Source: Histomonas meleagridis 2922-C6/04-290x
Taxonomy: Eukaryota; Protista; Parabasalia
Assembly (NCBI GenBank): GCA_020184695.1
Contig: JAANOX010000205.1
Span: 558,001-622,000 of the forward strand
Direction of reading: 5' to 3'
DNA length: 64,000 nt
The notes beneath the pieces were generated by a model that was not told the DNA's origin, ran no database searches, and was given only the letters and a program-made list of their open reading frames with translations. The first letter of the stretch is position 1, and the number at the start of each line of letters is the position of its first letter. The position numbers and the translations under genes were made by a program. Positions 31,301 to 41,861 of this stretch are shown piece by piece.

Positions 31301-34300
31301 AGTCGATTTTAGGTGAAAACTCTAAAATTAAATTGAGAAAACTTAACTTTGTGTATTTCGTTTTACAATTTAATAAATGAATGAAATATAAATCAATTGC
31401 TTCGTTAGTCACACGGATATTAGTTAATTTAATGAAAACATTTGAAAACAATTTCCCGCAATTTATAATTTCTGTTTCATTAAATCGATCTTTAAAATAT
31501 AAATCATTTTCGAAACAAAAGAATATTTTATATTGTGTAATTAATAAAGAGAAGTAATCATTTTCTTTTAATATATTATTATAAGAATAAATGATTACAT
31601 GTGACCAATGATTTAATATTAATTGGAAATCTTTTACATTACAATGATACCATATCCATATATTAAAGATTATTAAGTTAAACCATTTTCGGATTAATGG
31701 TTGATATTTTAATACTTCGAATATTTCGAAGACTTCTTTATAATATTCATAACTTGCGTTTTGTACCAAAAACAAATAAATATCATTAATGTTTGTAAAT
31801 TGTTTTTGTAAATCAAATGAATTATTAAATAAGATTTTAATTATACTAAAAACTCCTTTTATATTTAAATTCGAGATTAATGTATTAATTTGATTAAATT
31901 CTAAAAAGATTTTTAATAAATTATTCGGAGGCATTAATGAATTATTAATTTTGACTAATAATGATTTCGATTTTTTAATTGCTTTATTAATAGGCCTTGA
32001 AACAAAGAATTCTTCTTTTTTATATTTACTATTAAATGAATCTGTTGAGAAAATTGGTTTAAGTTGATAAAAATCATTTAACTCATTAAATGTACCAGAA
32101 TATATTTTAAGTTTCGATAAATAACCAAATGTTTTAATTTCATTATATTCATTATTTATATTATAATTTAAAAACAATTGAAGATTTCCTTTCGCAAATT
32201 TAAATTTATAAAATTCGCCTTCATTTAATTCAATATCATTTTTATAACAATTTAATTTAATAATATCTAATTCAGGTACAAGTGTTACAATATATTCATT
32301 TTCATCGGAATTAATTTTCTTGTCAATACAAACAGTTGAACGAATACCATTACCATCATATTTAATATATATTGAACCATTTTGAATATATACATAAAAC
32401 ATTGATTTATCCATATCAATGATTGTAAATAAATAATGTTTTTTATTATGAATTTGAGAATAAACATCATTATAAGTTAATAAGAAACTAAATGTAAATC
32501 CAGAATTTAAATCAATATCATAAATCCCATTAACTTCAAATTGTAATGGTAAATCACCAAAAGGATATAAAGTCGAATAATTTATATGTTGACATATTGG
32601 CATTACATTATTAAGGAATTCAATTATACCATTTTTATTAATGTTATTAAGTATTAATTTACTAAACAAATAATTTGATTTTAATGAACTAATTGATATA
32701 ATAAATGGAATTATTATATTTTTTAATTCTCTTTTAGTTAAAATTAATTTCATTTTCAAATCAAAAAATTCAATTTCATTATTATCATTCGATATATAAC
32801 GTTTCATTAAGATATAATCTAAATAACCTTTTTGTAATTGATATATATTTGTAAATGAAATTCTCGATAAGTTTCGTAATTGTAATATAATTGAAATGAA
32901 TTTTTTCGATTCACCAAATGATGAAATAATTAATGGTATTATCGATGGAACTTTTATAAAGAACTTTGATTGAACACCAAAACTTCCACTTAATAAACAA
33001 AACAAATCTTTATATATTAAATCATTTGGTTCATTTCCAAATATTTTATGTATAATTTCATTTAATAATTTTAATTGATTAAAAGAAAACTCAAAAGAAT
33101 CATCAGTCAAACAAAACAATAAACAAAGAGTTAAAATACTATGTAAAATAGATTCATTTGGTGATATATAACATAAATTAATTAATGGATTTAATATATG
33201 TTTAAATCCTAATGATAATTTAATATTATTATTTAATCCATCAATTAAACATTTCATTAAAATAGTAATTAAATTTATATATTCATTATCTTCAAATTTT
33301 TTAGTTGCTTCTAAAATGATAACTTTAATATATTTACTTATTGATTTTAACTTAGAGAAATTAAATAAATTCGATAATATATTACGAAATGATATTAATA
33401 TAAAATCTGTTAAATTCCGTTCAAATACAAATGATAAAAATCCAATCGAAAATATATTCGAATTCATATAATAAGCAGAACAATTTTTGGATGATGCAAT
33501 TTTATATAAAATAATAAAATTATTGTTCCGTGATTCAACGATAGATTCATTCTCATTCATTTGTTGTAATACTTTCGATACATGTAAAATACTTGAAATA
33601 AATCGTTCATTATTTAATAGTTCAGATTCAGTCGGATTTAATATATTATAAAATCGAACTAATAAATCAGTATGTAATAATGGATAAGTTTCTAATAACT
33701 CAAATGTTTTCAAGAATAAAATTGGTGAAACTTGATGAATCACATTAATAAACTTATTACGAAATGAATTAACATATGGATCATAATTCTCAAACAAACT
33801 TTGATTATGTGTATATATAAAATTAAGTACAATTTCATCAAGAAATGTTTGAAGAAATGTTTCATTAACAATACGACAAAATAGAATTAAAAATGACGTG
33901 GAAACTTCATAAAACAATGGACTATTCCCAAATTGTACTAAAATGGGAATGGAAGCTTTAATAAATACATGTTTGAAACGTTCTGACGATTGATTTAGAA
34001 GTGGTTCAACTCGATATACATAAGAAAGTGATTCATTAGATATGATTTCATCTAATGATATATTATTTCGTAACTTTTCATATGGAGGGATTTTAAAATT
34101 AGGTTGAAATGTTCGTGTTATAAATTCATTCGAATTTGAAGCTGTATCGTTAAAACGGTTTCTTATTAAACGGTCGTTGTATGAAAAAGTGATTTTCGGT
34201 GGATTGGATTGAATGAGATTATAAAAACATGAGGCAAAAATAATATAGGCATCTGAAAAATCTTCATTATCATATTTGTTGGAAACTTTGGCAAGAATAC

Positions 34301-34958
34301 CTACGGCTTTAGGATCAAGTTGAAAAAGCGTTTGATTAAGAATTGTAAGAAATGAATGAGAGAATTGATCAAGCATTAATGGAAAGTCTCTGTCAATTAA
34401 AACTTCAATGGTATCAAGCATAAGATTTTTGGATTCTTCATAACTAGAAAAATGAATACACTTAAAGAATTGAAAAAGAATTGGTGTAAAAGATTCGTTT
34501 AAGGTCGTGTTTGAAATAATATCTTTAAGTAATAAATTATATGCTTCTTTTGGATAAGAAGATTTAGAAAATGAGTTAAGGAACATATTAAATGTTGAAT
34601 TTCTAATTTGAACAAGTGAAGACTTTGTAATTTCACAATTATGAAAATAAGTGAGAACAAACTCTGAATCATTATACTTATTTGGATCTGTTGAATAATT
34701 CCATAGTAAACATTCAAATAAGATTAAAATTTCTTGTTCTTCCTGGACTTGGCTATCTTTGGCTGAGTCTAAAATATCCTTTTCGTATTTAAGCTGATTT
34801 TGTTTAATAAAATCTTCATCATTTTGAATTTTAAGTTGATGTACTTTTGGAACAACAGAAATAACAGAAACTTCATTTTCTGGTTTAGAAGACAAAGTAG
34901 ATCTATATTTGATTAAATCAATAAGGGGATGTGTATCTTTTTTGCTGCTTGATCTCAT
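28389..34958 (-). CDS. Beige/BEACH-family protein (PH-BEACH-WD40) with shortened BEACH core
   Basis: SLEFYLINGRTFLVSF (PH), WRKGLISNFEYLMKLNILSGRTFND..YPVFP, FIYQHRKILES..VSQKLHLFIDQIFGYK, C-terminal beta-propeller. Confidence 0.9.
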   Translation of the reverse strand: MRSSSKKDTHPLIDLIKYRSTLSSKPENEVSVISVVPKVHQLKIQNDEDFIKQNQLKYEKDILDSAKDSQVQEEQEILILFECLLWNYSTDPNKYNDSEFVLTYFHNCEITKSSLVQIRNSTFNMFLNSFSKSSYPKEAYNLLLKDIISNTTLNESFTPILFQFFKCIHFSSYEESKNLMLDTIEVLIDRDFPLMLDQFSHSFLTILNQTLFQLDPKAVGILAKVSNKYDNEDFSDAYIIFASCFYNLIQSNPPKITFSYNDRLIRNRFNDTASNSNEFITRTFQPNFKIPPYEKLRNNISLDEIISNESLSYVYRVEPLLNQSSERFKHVFIKASIPILVQFGNSPLFYEVSTSFLILFCRIVNETFLQTFLDEIVLNFIYTHNQSLFENYDPYVNSFRNKFINVIHQVSPILFLKTFELLETYPLLHTDLLVRFYNILNPTESELLNNERFISSILHVSKVLQQMNENESIVESRNNNFIILYKIASSKNCSAYYMNSNIFSIGFLSFVFERNLTDFILISFRNILSNLFNFSKLKSISKYIKVIILEATKKFEDNEYINLITILMKCLIDGLNNNIKLSLGFKHILNPLINLCYISPNESILHSILTLCLLFCLTDDSFEFSFNQLKLLNEIIHKIFGNEPNDLIYKDLFCLLSGSFGVQSKFFIKVPSIIPLIISSFGESKKFISIILQLRNLSRISFTNIYQLQKGYLDYILMKRYISNDNNEIEFFDLKMKLILTKRELKNIIIPFIISISSLKSNYLFSKLILNNINKNGIIEFLNNVMPICQHINYSTLYPFGDLPLQFEVNGIYDIDLNSGFTFSFLLTYNDVYSQIHNKKHYLFTIIDMDKSMFYVYIQNGSIYIKYDGNGIRSTVCIDKKINSDENEYIVTLVPELDIIKLNCYKNDIELNEGEFYKFKFAKGNLQLFLNYNINNEYNEIKTFGYLSKLKIYSGTFNELNDFYQLKPIFSTDSFNSKYKKEEFFVSRPINKAIKKSKSLLVKINNSLMPPNNLLKIFLEFNQINTLISNLNIKGVFSIIKILFNNSFDLQKQFTNINDIYLFLVQNASYEYYKEVFEIFEVLKYQPLIRKWFNLIIFNIWIWYHCNVKDFQLILNHWSHVIIYSYNNILKENDYFSLLITQYKIFFCFENDLYFKDRFNETEIINCGKLFSNVFIKLTNIRVTNEAIDLYFIHLLNCKTKYTKLSFLNLILEFSPKIDLKNHFPQLLLLLSDDDIEINEAILIVTHFIGKEDNVDTFFVTIFRNLKTQTVEFFNLMLKHLSEYHNLISVLVLLAIKLGDECMNNLIDYLKDNSQKLIKAYQNSTFWIIWIVMLTFNAKNDIRINVWTFIFAVFCSNDETFCDNIDYLNVFVQLIQYITNTYDESFVNSFIFSFILIKRLETNEVKFLLQKFFSSVFFHINCQKYHKILVNEYNKYLNDFEQFDFDFDLIENEKKSFNKLEDFEYLSNFDVNQIQTSFQIRLNNEMEWIDKDSAEIALSYYNEIQQFHNESNEDENEEEPLIIIFKYFLTKDKIYNDKLKDFDEIIQNELYSYKCTISSILPQIQLISRRISTAGLGIEQNSDNAEVKSLDKIQKEENRLKDIRPTQNENQNDDKQIKRDKTFCIYYCPMKMKRVTQKTKGTRSVKVTDPIFSCECELIKYSSQKRVLFQLFNNLVQIGKVVFESHLIRIVLTRKTNNSNITNSLEFYLINGRTFLVSFDQNDFPKVQNNLPKISLPNVQIIQKKPSSSLFNDFPITVRWRKGLISNFEYLMKLNILSGRTFNDSKHYPVFPAILQNFNLKQRRDFTVFNSLLPDEQTVVSPESFFLPQQFFNDFGFIYQHRKILESPAVSQKLHLFIDQIFGYKMPKDSPNEQLFNKPHIARKLIQPEIPSKSMKLRLKNIKISFCILSREEPLVFYLQILSNREMFRMLRIETYPQIKASLSDEQFPYNIKNRTHVSGYTKKLVIFNPKSCSLELLKNLEPVDTFFVQSENPLFVCCDNSILYCSDTTTVRTMIFTSRIDKVLMCASAPIYLISSQPQFKIFVVVTIDGYLSVHSLVTGDCVNKVHIGSTVNSIIITKKWSFIVVFTDDFIMLLSVNGEVIKKRRFARKVKSVFTFSTASCFDYVVFTNDENELFMFEAFRPECIQQIDKVSGNVKYVLYDPIISSIICICSNGIIQVFPHDQIEYV

Positions 34959-35286
34959 CTGTTGTAATAATTGAAAGCTTTACAATTTTTTTGTGTTGCC
35001 AAAATGATATGACACTTTTAAAATTTAAAGAAAATCATCGCATCTTCAACTTTCATTCTTAAATATTAATCAAAATCCTACAATTCGGTATATACTTACT
35101 ATATCGCATATTTTACCTAATTATTTTAATATTGCTTTTCATTTTGATATCAAATAATGTGAAAAAATAAATATTATTAGTCATTTTCTAAATAAGCTTC
35201 TTGATCGCAAAAATGTTTTATTCAATCTTAAGTTCAATAATTCAATAATATCTTCATGTATAAGCTTGAAAACCAAAGATAAGTCC

Positions 35287-35306
35287 AAAGACGTTAAGTC
35301 ACTTCA
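35287..35306 (+). promoter_or_regulatory. 20-bp element AAAGACGTTAAGTCACTTCA (contains Inr-like TCACTT)
   Basis: Identical copy at 61612-61631; both lie within about 100 bp upstream of a gene start on the same strand. Confidence 0.55.
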
Positions 35307-35386
35307 CGTCAACTCCCCTTTTCACTTTTGATTTGAATTTCATCGTTAACCGACCAAATTTTCACTTCCGAAAAATATTTTAATAA

Positions 35387-37172
35387 ATGGAAAAAACAAA
35401 AGATAAAAAATTTCCACCACATGCAGAAGTTCTCATTCCACCAGCTGAACAAATTCAAGGTTCAGATACAAGTTATTCCAATTATTCCAATCCTCAATTT
35501 GTTTCGTCTTTAAATGCGTATGATCCTCAATATCAAATTCAAGAAAACCTAGTTTTTACTGAACAAAATAAGCAACCATTTATTCCACAATTTACACCCA
35601 ATTTATATTATACACCAGATCTATCAGCTGACTTATTTAATGTTGAAGAATTTGAAGACTATGTAGCTAACCTTGATGATTATATCTCGCGCACACCAAT
35701 AGGCCGAGGTTCCTTTGGTAATGTTTATTATTGTGTTCATCGATATACAGGATGGAAGTTTGTAATCAAAGAATTAAATCGTACAAATCTACCAGAGAAG
35801 CAGCATCTTTTTTTTGAGCGCGAAATCAAGATATTATTACAGTGTAAAAATCCATTTTTATTAAATTGTTATGGCTTTACAATTCGACCTGAATTTACTA
35901 TTGTCACTGAATATATGGAATTAGGTTCCTTATGGACATTACTCCATAAGAGTCCAAATTTATTAAATTCCACACAAAAAACAAACATTGCTATTGGCAT
36001 TGCTCATGGGATGAAATATTTGCATCATCATGGCATCATTCATCGTGACTTAAAATCTCCAAACATCTTATTAGATCATAAACTTTTACCAAAAATTTCT
36101 GACTTTGGTCTGAGTAAAATACTCAAAAGTTATGAAAGTAATAATGGCGAAGAAATAATGACTAATTGTACAGGCACCGCCAATTGGATGGCTCCTGAAC
36201 AAATTAGTTCCAATTCTTATAGTTTCCAAGTTGATGTTTATGCATATGGGTTAATATTATATGAATTATTAACAGGCGAATGTCCATTTAACAAATTAAA
36301 CCAAGTCCAAATATATGATGCTGTTCGATCTGGAATTAGACCTGAAATACCAATACAATATCGGAACTCATCGATTGTCAATTTAATTGTTAAATGTTGG
36401 CAACAAAATCCTTTCGATCGCCCAACTTTCGATGAGATATATATTGAGTTAATTACGCGAAAAGTCGAGTTCCCAGGTACTAATAATGATGGAGTTAAGT
36501 TATTATTACATTATATTGATAATAAGACACAAGTTAATCATGAATCGAAACCTTTTAACTCATCGAAACTTCTAAATAATACTTTAAACATATATAATAC
36601 TATAAATAATAATAATGACATTTTTTTGATGAAAAATAAATTATTCGAATATGCAAAAAATGGGAACATCGATGACTTCGTAAGCGTTTTCGTTTCGTTC
36701 TTAAATGTTAAGGATTTGATTAATTATAGAGATAATAGTAGTTATATTTATTTATGTTTTTTGGAGTTTTTTCATCTTTTTTCAAACTGCTTTACATTAT
36801 GCTTGTTGCTATGGTCAAGCTCAAATGGTACAATTCCTACTTGGAATTCAAGGAATAAATATAAACATTAAAGATATTAACGGAAATACCCCATTATCTG
36901 TTGCTGTGCAATGTGAACAGAAGTTTATCGTTTCGCTGTTGATCAATTCAAACGGAATCGACGTAAACCTCTCAAATGAGTCGCTTTTGACACCTTTACA
37001 TTACGCAGTAATTACTAACAACTCAGATATAGCTAAGTTACTTTTGTTTTGTAAAGATATTGATTTGAATGTTGTGGATGGAAATGGTAATACACCTTTG
37101 GACATAGCAATCAAACTTGGTTTTAATACATTGGCTGAAATGATTAATCAAAAATCTATAAACATGTTATAA
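35387..37172 (+). CDS. TKL-family protein kinase with C-terminal ankyrin repeats, joined across insert 36746-36782
   Basis: GRGSFG, VIKE, HRDLKSPNILL, DFG, GTANWMAPE, DVYAYG. Removing 37 nt joins ORF 35387 in frame to QTALHY... and ORF 36825-37172 (582 aa). Confidence 0.88.
36746..36782 (+). other. 37-nt intron-like insert (17 + 20) in the kinase's ankyrin hairpin
   Basis: ATTTATTTATGTTTTTT + GGAGTTTTTTCATCTTTTTT, then CAA ACT GCT TTA CAT. Confidence 0.75.
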
Positions 37173-37600
37173 AAATTTAATGTAAAATTAAACTTGTTCC
37201 AAAAAATTTTTATAAATTCACAACAGGAAAAGAAAAATATAAATAAAAATATAAATAGAAGATTTGTTAATGAATTTGATTACATTTCATATTTTTAATA
37301 TAAAATTTTGGAGAGCTACAATATGATTTAAGTCATTTTTTATTTTTGCATATTAATTAAAATGATTAAATCAGCAATTTCAACCGTTAAAAAGTTGTGT
37401 AATTTCAATGTAAATATCAGAAAAAATTCAATTATTACTTTAAATGTTTTAAATTTGATATCAAATTGTCGGCGAAGACATTGAATCTTTCTAATTCAAA
37501 TTGGTTAACCAAAATTTGGCTGACTATGGCCTAATATTTTTTGAATTTGAGTTTCGTTTGCTTTCAAATTTGTTTTGATTAATTATTAAATTTCATTTTA

Positions 37601-39096
37601 ATGATCCATCTGTTCTTTCCATTATTTTGGAGTTTTTTATATTCACAGCATAGATCAATTATTCAAAATAATGAATACATCATTGATGAATTTTCTTCAA
37701 ATCTTCAAACTACCATTAAATCCAAAGAAGACACCTATGATCATTCAAATATTTTTCACTTTATAAAATTTAATGTATTAAGCTTTTGTCTAAATGTTGC
37801 ATTGGTTATCATTTTAATATTCATATTTATTATTAGCAAAGGTTATTTTACAAAAATGAATTTAAAATATAAATCAAATCATAATGTTACTCCATTTGCT
37901 TTTGTGACGCTTTTCATATTTTCCATTAAGAGTTTATTTTTTACTAGTAATGGAATAGTTGAAATTACTGATACTAATGAACTAAATACTATTGATAGCT
38001 ATAAAAACCTAACCACCCGTGTTATCATTGATGGTGCAGTTACGGGGGTTACAGATAGATGTTTTGTGGAATGGAATCAGTTATCAACTGAAAATATCGG
38101 AAATAGTGTTGTTTCGATTAGCTTTTCTGTGTTTTATTCTTGTTGCAAATTGGAATCTGTTATTTTTGGAGACAACGATGAAACAATTGGAAATAATGCA
38201 TTTATATATTGTAGTTCATTAAGAAATATTACAATTCCAAATTCAGTGACAACAATTGGCTCTTATGTCTTTTATAATTTTTCCAAATTAGAATCTGTTA
38301 TTTTTGGAGAAAATATCACAACATTTGGAAATAATGTATTTAGATATTGTAGTTCACTTCAATGCATTTATTTCAATGGCACATCAGAACCAGATATATC
38401 TTCTACATCTTTTTATAATGTACCATGTTCTAGAATAATGGTTAAGCCATATTATCAAGGGGAGAAATTTGGTGAATTAAAAGTTACTACAGAAGTAATT
38501 GCCGAATGCATTGTATCATCAAATTCATTTACAAAATCAAATTCATTTACAAAATCAAATACATTTACAAAATCAAATACATTTACAAAATCAAATACAT
38601 TTACAAAATCAGATTCATTTACTAAATCAAATACATTCACTAAATCAAATACATTTTAGTTTATTAATTATATTACCTTCTCTCACACTTGCACGCTAGT
38701 GCACACATTACCATTTCCACGGCACTTCATATCATAAATTCATATTTGACGCAAGCATATTCTCCATCAATTATTAATTCTTCGCTTACACAATTAATTA
38801 CAGAATATGTATATTACAATTCCACAGTGTTCGCATACACAAAGTATTACAGTTTCTATTCCGACATATACACAGCTTTTGCGAAAGAAAATGAAGACAA
38901 AGATGAAACTATTGAAATCAAGAAAAGCACATTAATAGCGATCATTTGTTGCGTCGTTGCAATTGTTTTGATTGTTATTGCGATTGTTATCTTTATTGTA
39001 CGTAGGAGCAAAACTAAGCCTTCGTATCATAACGATTTCGTAAAGTCTTCTTCAGAATCTAATTCGGACAAAAAGATTAAAGAAGACATATTCTGA
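37601..39096 (+). pseudogene. BspA-like LRR surface protein; stalk separated from TM anchor by a stop and frameshift
   Basis: TpLRR repeats, (SNTFTK)n, TAG at 38657-38659, then S/T segment, TM (LIAIICCVVAIVLIVIAIVIFIV) and tail in another frame (38689-39096). Confidence 0.82.
38519..38656 (+). repeat. 18-bp coding tandem repeat (SNTFTK), about 7.5 copies
   Basis: TCAAATACATTTACAAAA units. Confidence 0.92.
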
Positions 39097-39794
39097 AAAC
39101 TTGCAAGTATGGTAATGTTCGAGAAAGAGAAATGGATGTAATGTAATAGATTTAGAGAAATTTTTAAGGAAATCTTAAATATGCTTTGAATATTGATGTA
39201 ATACTTCTGTTGGATAATATATTTTATGAATTAGAATTCTAAAAAAAATATCGCAAATGAACGTCATTTATATGGAGTTGGAGTTCGATGATACCACAGC
39301 ATTATCCGTTTTTTATATTGATTACAAAGTTAAAAATATTTTATGAAGAAGTAATATTTCTAATGACGGAGTTTTTAAAAATTAAGTGAACAAATGATCA
39401 ATAAATTGGAATTAAAGATAGATTAAAATTGTGATTATACAATAAATGACCAGATAAAACAATTCATCTATATAGTTTTAATATATTGTTTTAAATATTG
39501 AACTTAATTCTGATAAAATTTTAAATAACAATCTTCAAAAAATATGAAAAAAATTTAATTAATTCATTTAATCAATATAATAAATTTATTATTTTGATCA
39601 AAATGATTTATAAATAAAAAATCAATTAATATGAATTAAGCATTTTTATAAAAATCAGAAAGAAATTGTTTGATGGAAGATATAACAAATGAAAATGCCG
39701 TCGACCGATCATTTAATCAATGGCCGTTAATTTATAAGACGGTTATGAACTGAAATCTTTGAATTTTAAGAAGTTTGACTCAATTAGTTAAACG

Positions 39795-40439
39795 ATGGAC
39801 AACACCGAAGAAGAAATCCAACCAACACAAAAGGTACTCAAAATAATTGTTGTTGGCGATATGGGTACAGGAAAGACATCTCTGATCCGCAAATTTGTTG
39901 AAGGCAACTTTTCCGAATTTTATAAGATAACAATTGGTGTAGATTTTGCAAATAAGGTTCTTAAATTCGATGAAAATTCCACGGCTGATGTCCAGTTATG
40001 GGATATTGCAGGACAAGAACGTTTTGGTAGTATGACTGGAGTTTATTATAGAGAAGCTGTTGGAGCTGTTGTAGTTTTTGATGTTATGCGAAATGCAACA
40101 TTTGATATGACTAAGGTTTGGAAGAAAGATATAGATGAAAAAGTCAGAACTTCTCTTGGCGTTCCAGTGCCAACAATTTTATTAGGAAATAAAATTGATC
40201 TTATGGAAAAAAACGAAGCATGGGAAAAGAAGAAGCAAGAAATCGAGGAGTACACCAAAGAAAACAACTTTTTGGCATTTTTCGAGACATCCGCCAAAGA
40301 TGGAATTAACATTGACGAATCTCTCGAATACCTTGTTGAGTATATATTAAAGAATAACATCGAAAGCGAGAGCTCAAGAATGAATGATGGTGTACGACTT
40401 GGACAGAATCAACAAGAAGAAAAAGGCTGCGGTTGCTAA
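39795..40439 (+). CDS. Rab32/38/29-subfamily-like GTPase
   Basis: GDMGTGKTS, TIGVDF, subfamily-diagnostic WDIAGQE, NKID, ETSAK, C-terminal CGC. Confidence 0.92.
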   Translation: MDNTEEEIQPTQKVLKIIVVGDMGTGKTSLIRKFVEGNFSEFYKITIGVDFANKVLKFDENSTADVQLWDIAGQERFGSMTGVYYREAVGAVVVFDVMRNATFDMTKVWKKDIDEKVRTSLGVPVPTILLGNKIDLMEKNEAWEKKKQEIEEYTKENNFLAFFETSAKDGINIDESLEYLVEYILKNNIESESSRMNDGVRLGQNQQEEKGCGC

Positions 40440-40792
40440 CCATTTTACTCTTTAGAAACTTAAAAAAATTAAAAACTATTTATGTTTTTATTTGAGAAAA
40501 AGCAATTTCTTCTATGGAATTAAGAATTTCGACGTTTTTTAGGTATAATGTTTCAATTTGATTATTGTTCAATCGATTTATAATGAAATATTATTCAATA
40601 AAAACATATATTTTGTAATTGCAGTCTTAAAAATAGTAAAATTCCGAATAAGTTTTCTCTAAATCAGTGCAAACTTAAATCATTAAATTTTTGAAAAAGA
40701 ACATAAAAATGATTTTATTTCCCTACAAAACAATAGAAAATCAGAAAATTATTTAAAAATATTATAAAATTTAATGTGATATAACAAACGAT

Positions 40793-41404
40793 TTAGCATT
40801 GACATTTTTCTTTTGGTTTCTCATCTTCGCTAATTATTTCGGACAAAATGTTTGATTTCTTTTGTGTTGTGGTATTTTTGGCAGAATTATATAAATCTTC
40901 GGCAATGTTTTTAAATAATTGATCAACTCCATCTCCTGTTTTTGCAGATGTCATGAAAAATTTACATTGGTTTATCTTTGATGATTCTTGAATTAATTTG
41001 ATTTTCTGTTCTTTTCCTTGTTCATCAATAAGATCAATTTTATTACCTGCCATAAATATTAAACAATCTGGATCTACATTGTTTGTCACAAGTTCATTTA
41101 GTTTTTGAAGTTCTGCTAATGGATCTTTAAGTGACATATCAAAAACAAAAATACAAGCATTGGCATTTCTTAAATACAAAGGAATAAGTGACTGAAATTT
41201 TTCTTGACCTGCAGTATCCCATATGTTTATTGTAACTTCATTCTCTTCATCAATCATTATCTTACATCTAACATAAGCAGCTCCAACAGTTGGTTGAACT
41301 TCTCCAGAAAAGTTGTTTTCATGGTACTTCTGAACAAGGGATGTTTTTCCCACGCCACTAGACCCCACAAGAACAACTTTGTAGACTTCTTCTGAATCCA
41401 TCAT
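40793..41404 (-). CDS. Rab-family small GTPase (TVGAAY switch I, Rab5/21/22-like, divergent)
   Basis: GSSGVGKTS, WDTAGQE, NKID, TSAK, C-terminal CQC. Confidence 0.9.
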   Translation of the reverse strand: MMDSEEVYKVVLVGSSGVGKTSLVQKYHENNFSGEVQPTVGAAYVRCKIMIDEENEVTINIWDTAGQEKFQSLIPLYLRNANACIFVFDMSLKDPLAELQKLNELVTNNVDPDCLIFMAGNKIDLIDEQGKEQKIKLIQESSKINQCKFFMTSAKTGDGVDQLFKNIAEDLYNSAKNTTTQKKSNILSEIISEDEKPKEKCQC

Positions 41405-41861
41405 TTTCTTCTGTCGTTAACTTTTATATAGTTTACATCTGACCAAGTTGAGTTCCCGTTCGGAGGTTTTTTTTGCTAATCATACAAAAAGTTCTTTGTA
41501 TAAAAACCATCAAAAAATCACCGTAACAGAGGCACTGTGTTGCATATTATCCTATTTACGGCTTTCTTGTAGCAAGCTCTTTTATTCAAACAATTACCCA
41601 TTTTTTTTGTAATTCCAAAAAACATTATATTTTAAATTGTAAAAAAAAATTCCTTATTTTTAAATAATTGCTTCAGATAAATTTTTTAAGTAACAAATAC
41701 TTTCTGATAATATAAATCCTGAAGGAATTATGCTTAAGTTAACTTTAGCTCAAGTAAACCATTCGAAATTAATAAGTTTACTTCCTATCGACAATTTTTA
41801 CACAATTTTCATCAAATTTTAAAATTAAATAAAAGAATTTACTCTATATACAAATAATTTA

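Noticed and set aside
6319-38659. Genome-wide TAA/TAG = Gln genetic code
   Set aside because: Conserved genes end at TAA exactly where expected (Rab CxC termini, USP, Myb, GH19), and multi-kb ORFs have no internal TAR.
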